Made by a program: the position numbers and the translations under genes
Shown: positions 24,048 through 26,799 of the stretch, piece after piece
How positions within the stretch are numbered: the stretch's first letter is position 1
How the letters are laid out: each line of letters opens with the position of its first letter
The notes under the pieces: model-generated
What the model was told of the DNA's origin: nothing
What the model saw: only the letters and a program-made list of their open reading frames with translations
The model's database searches: none
DNA from: Deferrisomatales bacterium
GTDB taxonomy: Bacteria > Desulfobacterota > Deferrisomatia > Deferrisomatales > JACRMM01
Direction: 5' to 3'
Length of the DNA: 26,799 nucleotides
NCBI GenBank assembly: GCA_033551855.1
Contig: JAWSUI010000049.1
Coordinates: 1 to 26,799 of the forward strand

Positions 24048-24851
24048 CTACCCCCCGAACTGGTGCTCCTCGCCCGGGAAGGCGCCGCTGTCCACCTCCT
24101 CCCGGTAGCGGGCCGCCGCCTCTCGGATCTCGTCCGCGAGGTTCGCGTACCGCTTGACGAACTTCGGCACGAAGCGGTCGAAGAGTCCCACCAGGTCGTG
24201 GAGCACGAGGACCTGGCCGTCGCAGTGGGGGCCGGCGCCGATGCCGATGGTGGGGATCGAGAGGGACCGGGTGACCCTCTGCCCCAGGCTGGTGGGCACG
24301 CACTCGACGACCACCGCGAAGGCCCCGGCGTCCTCCAGGGCGCGGGCGTCGTCCAGGAGGGCCTGGGCGGCTTCCGGGGCCTTGCCCTGCACCCGGAAGC
24401 CCCCGAGCTGGGTCGCGGTCTGGGGGGTGAGGCCGATGTGCCCCATCACCGGGATGCCGGCGCGCACCACGGCCGCCACCTTGTCCGCCTGGGTCCGGCC
24501 CCCCTCGAGCTTCACGCCGTCGGCCCGGGCCTCCTTGAAGAGACGGCCGGCGTTGCGTACCGCGTCCTCGGCGCTCACCTGGTAGGACAGGAACGGCAGA
24601 TCCGCGATCACCAGGGCCCGTTCGGCGCCCCGGGCCGCAGCGGCGGTGTGGTGTGCCATCTCGTCCATCGTCACCGGGACGGTGTCCGGGTACCCCAGGC
24701 ACACCATCCCCAGGCTGTCCCCCACCAGGATGAGATCGATGCCGGCGGCGTCCACCAACCTGGCCGTGGGGTAGTCGTAGGCGGTGAGCATCGTGAGCTT
24801 GCCGCCGGACGCCTTGCGGTCCTTCACCTCGGGAATCGTCAGCTTTGCCAC
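24048..24851 (-). CDS. panB: 3-methyl-2-oxobutanoate hydroxymethyltransferase
   Basis: MLTAYDY, LVGDSLGM, ADLPFLSY, VKLEGG, VMGHIGLTPQ, IGIGAG..CDGQVLV.HD; GTG start. Confidence 0.97.
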   Translation of the reverse strand: MAKLTIPEVKDRKASGGKLTMLTAYDYPTARLVDAAGIDLILVGDSLGMVCLGYPDTVPVTMDEMAHHTAAAARGAERALVIADLPFLSYQVSAEDAVRNAGRLFKEARADGVKLEGGRTQADKVAAVVRAGIPVMGHIGLTPQTATQLGGFRVQGKAPEAAQALLDDARALEDAGAFAVVVECVPTSLGQRVTRSLSIPTIGIGAGPHCDGQVLVLHDLVGLFDRFVPKFVKRYANLADEIREAAARYREEVDSGAFPGEEHQFGG

Positions 24852-24855
24852 GGCG

Positions 24856-25809
24856 TTATCCTCCCTCTCCGGCGGGCGGCCGGCGCAGGGGGGGGCCGAA
24901 GCCGGCCTCCACCGCCTTGACGAGCCGCCACAGGGTGCGGTTGACGGGGGTGGGGACGCCCCTGCGGTGCCCCTCCCGCACCACGGCCCCGTTGATGAAG
25001 TCGACCTCGGTCGGGCGCCGGGCGTCCACGTCCTGGCCCATGCTGGCCCGGTTGGCCCCCGTGGCCCGGGCGACGTCCAGGACCGCCCGGACGAGGGCGT
25101 CGGGGTCCCCGAGGTCGACGCCGGCCCCTCGGGCCACGGCGGCCGCCTCGGCCACGGCGTCGGACAGGACCCCCGCCGCCTCCGGGACCGCCGGGATCTG
25201 CCCGTTCAGGACCCCGGTGAGGGCCGCCACGGCGTTGATGCCGCAGTTCACGGCGAGCTTTCGCCACACGGCCGGCCAGGGGTCGGCCACGGTGCGGGCC
25301 GGGATGCCCGCCCGCCGAAAGGCCTCGGCGGCGGCCCCCGGGTCGGGCCCCCCGGGGCCGTAGGGCCCGAAGAGGGTCTCGCCGGCCCCCCCGTGGCGGA
25401 TCTCGCCGGGGGCGAGCAGGGTGGCCCCCTGGGCGGTGGTGCCCACGAGGAGGCGTCCCCCGCCCAGGGCGGAGGCCAGGACGTCCGCCGCCCCCAGGCC
25501 GTTCTGGAGGGTGAGGACGGCGGCGGCCGGCCCCAGGAGCGGCCCGAGGGTCCCGGCGGCCGACGGGGTGTGCTGGGCCTTCACCATGACGAGCACGAGC
25601 TCGCAGGCGCCGGCAGCCGTGGGGTCCGAAACCGCCCGCACCGGGATGTCCTCGGCCCGGCCCCCCTCCCACAGCCGCACCCCTCGGTGGCAGAGCGCCT
25701 CCACCGCGTCGGGCAGCACCTCCACCAGGACCACGTCCTCCCCGGCGCGGGCCAGCAGCCCCCCGAAGAGGCACCCCATGGCCCCCGCTCCCACCACCCC
25801 GATTCTCAT
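24856..25809 (-). CDS. panE: 2-dehydropantoate 2-reductase
   Basis: IGVVGAGAMG..FG, VK, LTLQNGLG, W.KL.VN..IN, N..SM.QD....R.TE.DFING. Confidence 0.95.
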   Translation of the reverse strand: MRIGVVGAGAMGCLFGGLLARAGEDVVLVEVLPDAVEALCHRGVRLWEGGRAEDIPVRAVSDPTAAGACELVLVMVKAQHTPSAAGTLGPLLGPAAAVLTLQNGLGAADVLASALGGGRLLVGTTAQGATLLAPGEIRHGGAGETLFGPYGPGGPDPGAAAEAFRRAGIPARTVADPWPAVWRKLAVNCGINAVAALTGVLNGQIPAVPEAAGVLSDAVAEAAAVARGAGVDLGDPDALVRAVLDVARATGANRASMGQDVDARRPTEVDFINGAVVREGHRRGVPTPVNRTLWRLVKAVEAGFGPPLRRPPAGEGG

Positions 25810-25830
25810 GGGCGTCCCTCCGGTTCCCTT

Positions 25831-25923
25831 CCGGGCCCTTCCGGAAACTCAGGGGGGCAATCCAGGGCGAGAACGATCTCGCGCGGAGGCGCCGAGACGC
25901 GGAGGAATTCTCTGTCTTTCCCG
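25831..25923 (+). repeat. Dispersed repeat copy C (left half, hairpin truncated)
   Basis: ccgggcccttccggaaactcaggggggcaatccagggcgagaacgatctcgcgcggaggcgccgagacgcggaggaattctctgtctttcccg aligns with 8655-8747. Confidence 0.9.
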
Positions 25924-25946
25924 CCCCCCAGCGCCTAACCGTCCAG

Positions 25947-26798
25947 TCAGCGAAGCCGGACCACCACCTCCCGGGCCGGCAGGCTCTCGTTGCCCGCCGC
26001 GTCCACGGCCCGGACCGTGTAGCGGTAGGTCCGGCCGGGCTCGACGCTCCGGTCCTCGAAGGAGAAGGCCCCCCCCGGGAGGCGGGCGATCTCCCGGAGC
26101 CCCCCGTCCTCGGCGCGGAGCACGATCACCGCCGCGTAGGGCTCCGTCCCCGAGTGGGCCCACCGGAGCCGCACCCCGGTCGGTTCCGCCAGGGCCACGA
26201 GGTCCGACGGGGGCAGGGGGGGGACCCGGTCTTCCGGGGTCGCTGCGACGGGCGCGCCGGGGCTCTCCACGTCCCAGCCCTCGGGGGTGCGCGCGGCCAG
26301 GCGAAGCTCTCCCCGCCACGGGACACCGTTGGGGAGGCCGGTCACCCGTACCTCGGCAGCCCCCGGTTCCGCCGTGCCCACCCGCCGGTCCGTGAGGTCG
26401 TAGGCCCGGAGCCCCAGGGGCTCGAGACCCGGGGGCAGGGGGGGCCAGGCGGAGCGCGCCAGGACCTCCCCGTCGCCCGGGAAGGCCTCGGGCTCGGGTG
26501 CGGGGAGCGGGAGCCAGGTGATCTGGACGGCGTCGGAGGAGGGGCCGGGCCGGCCCCGGGCATCCGTCGCCTGGACCCGGTACCGGTACGTCCACCCGGG
26601 CGACGCCTCGGGGTCCACCCAGGCCGTCTCGGGAAGTCCCTGGGACCGGCGGAGCACGGGGTCGAGCTCGGCCGCCGCCTCCAGCCTCTCGGGACACGTC
26701 TCGCAGGGGTCGGCTCCCGGCCCCCAGGCGGCCCGGAGCACGCGGTACCGGATCTCGGCGGGCAGGGCCCGGCCCCCCAGATCCTCACGGGGCGCGGC
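25947..26798 (-). CDS. Fibronectin type III domain protein (5'-partial)
   Basis: Frame is open to the window edge; repeated FN3 signatures YRYRVQATD..G..G..S and V.LRW...YRYTVRAVD.AGNES; CETCP motif. Confidence 0.85.
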   Translation of the reverse strand, partial: AAPREDLGGRALPAEIRYRVLRAAWGPGADPCETCPERLEAAAELDPVLRRSQGLPETAWVDPEASPGWTYRYRVQATDARGRPGPSSDAVQITWLPLPAPEPEAFPGDGEVLARSAWPPLPPGLEPLGLRAYDLTDRRVGTAEPGAAEVRVTGLPNGVPWRGELRLAARTPEGWDVESPGAPVAATPEDRVPPLPPSDLVALAEPTGVRLRWAHSGTEPYAAVIVLRAEDGGLREIARLPGGAFSFEDRSVEPGRTYRYTVRAVDAAGNESLPAREVVVRLR

Positions 26799-26799
26799 C

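Noticed and set aside
1..26799. CRISPR array, tRNA, rRNA, transposase or integrase genes
   Set aside because: No regularly spaced repeat-spacer array, cloverleaf, rRNA-like sequence or DDE/tyrosine-recombinase motifs were seen by eye.

Overview
High-GC bacterial window; the gene repertoire resembles that of an anaerobic deltaproteobacterium (Desulfobacterota-like), which is an inference. The first ~4.3 kb is a visibly less GC-rich, partly decayed accessory patch. It holds small membrane/lipoprotein genes missed by the ORF track (a DUF3096-like 42-aa gene and a 28-aa GGGG microprotein), a helix-hairpin-helix protein, ypfJ, creA, a duplicated and reciprocally degraded microprotein-HhH unit, a MITE, a BamA/TamA C-terminal remnant and sigma54-type promoter motifs. 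The rest is: an MlaE/MlaF/MlaD/PqiC-type ABC/MCE operon; a YgiD/DODA dioxygenase; a two-repeat CQLGCF cysteine protein; an M48+TPR lipoprotein protease; a tandem double malic enzyme; a FadR/GntR-regulated operon (acyl-CoA synthetase, TRAP DctPQM, GlcD-type D-2-hydroxyacid dehydrogenase, UspA); 3-hydroxybutyrate dehydrogenase; panB; panE; and a partial FN3 protein. The best novelty candidate is the 854-aa malic enzyme made of two small-ME modules with complementary loss of catalytic motifs, a possible single-chain pseudo-heterodimer with one active site. Several dispersed REP/MITE-like repeat families are present. No rRNA, tRNA or CRISPR array was seen.
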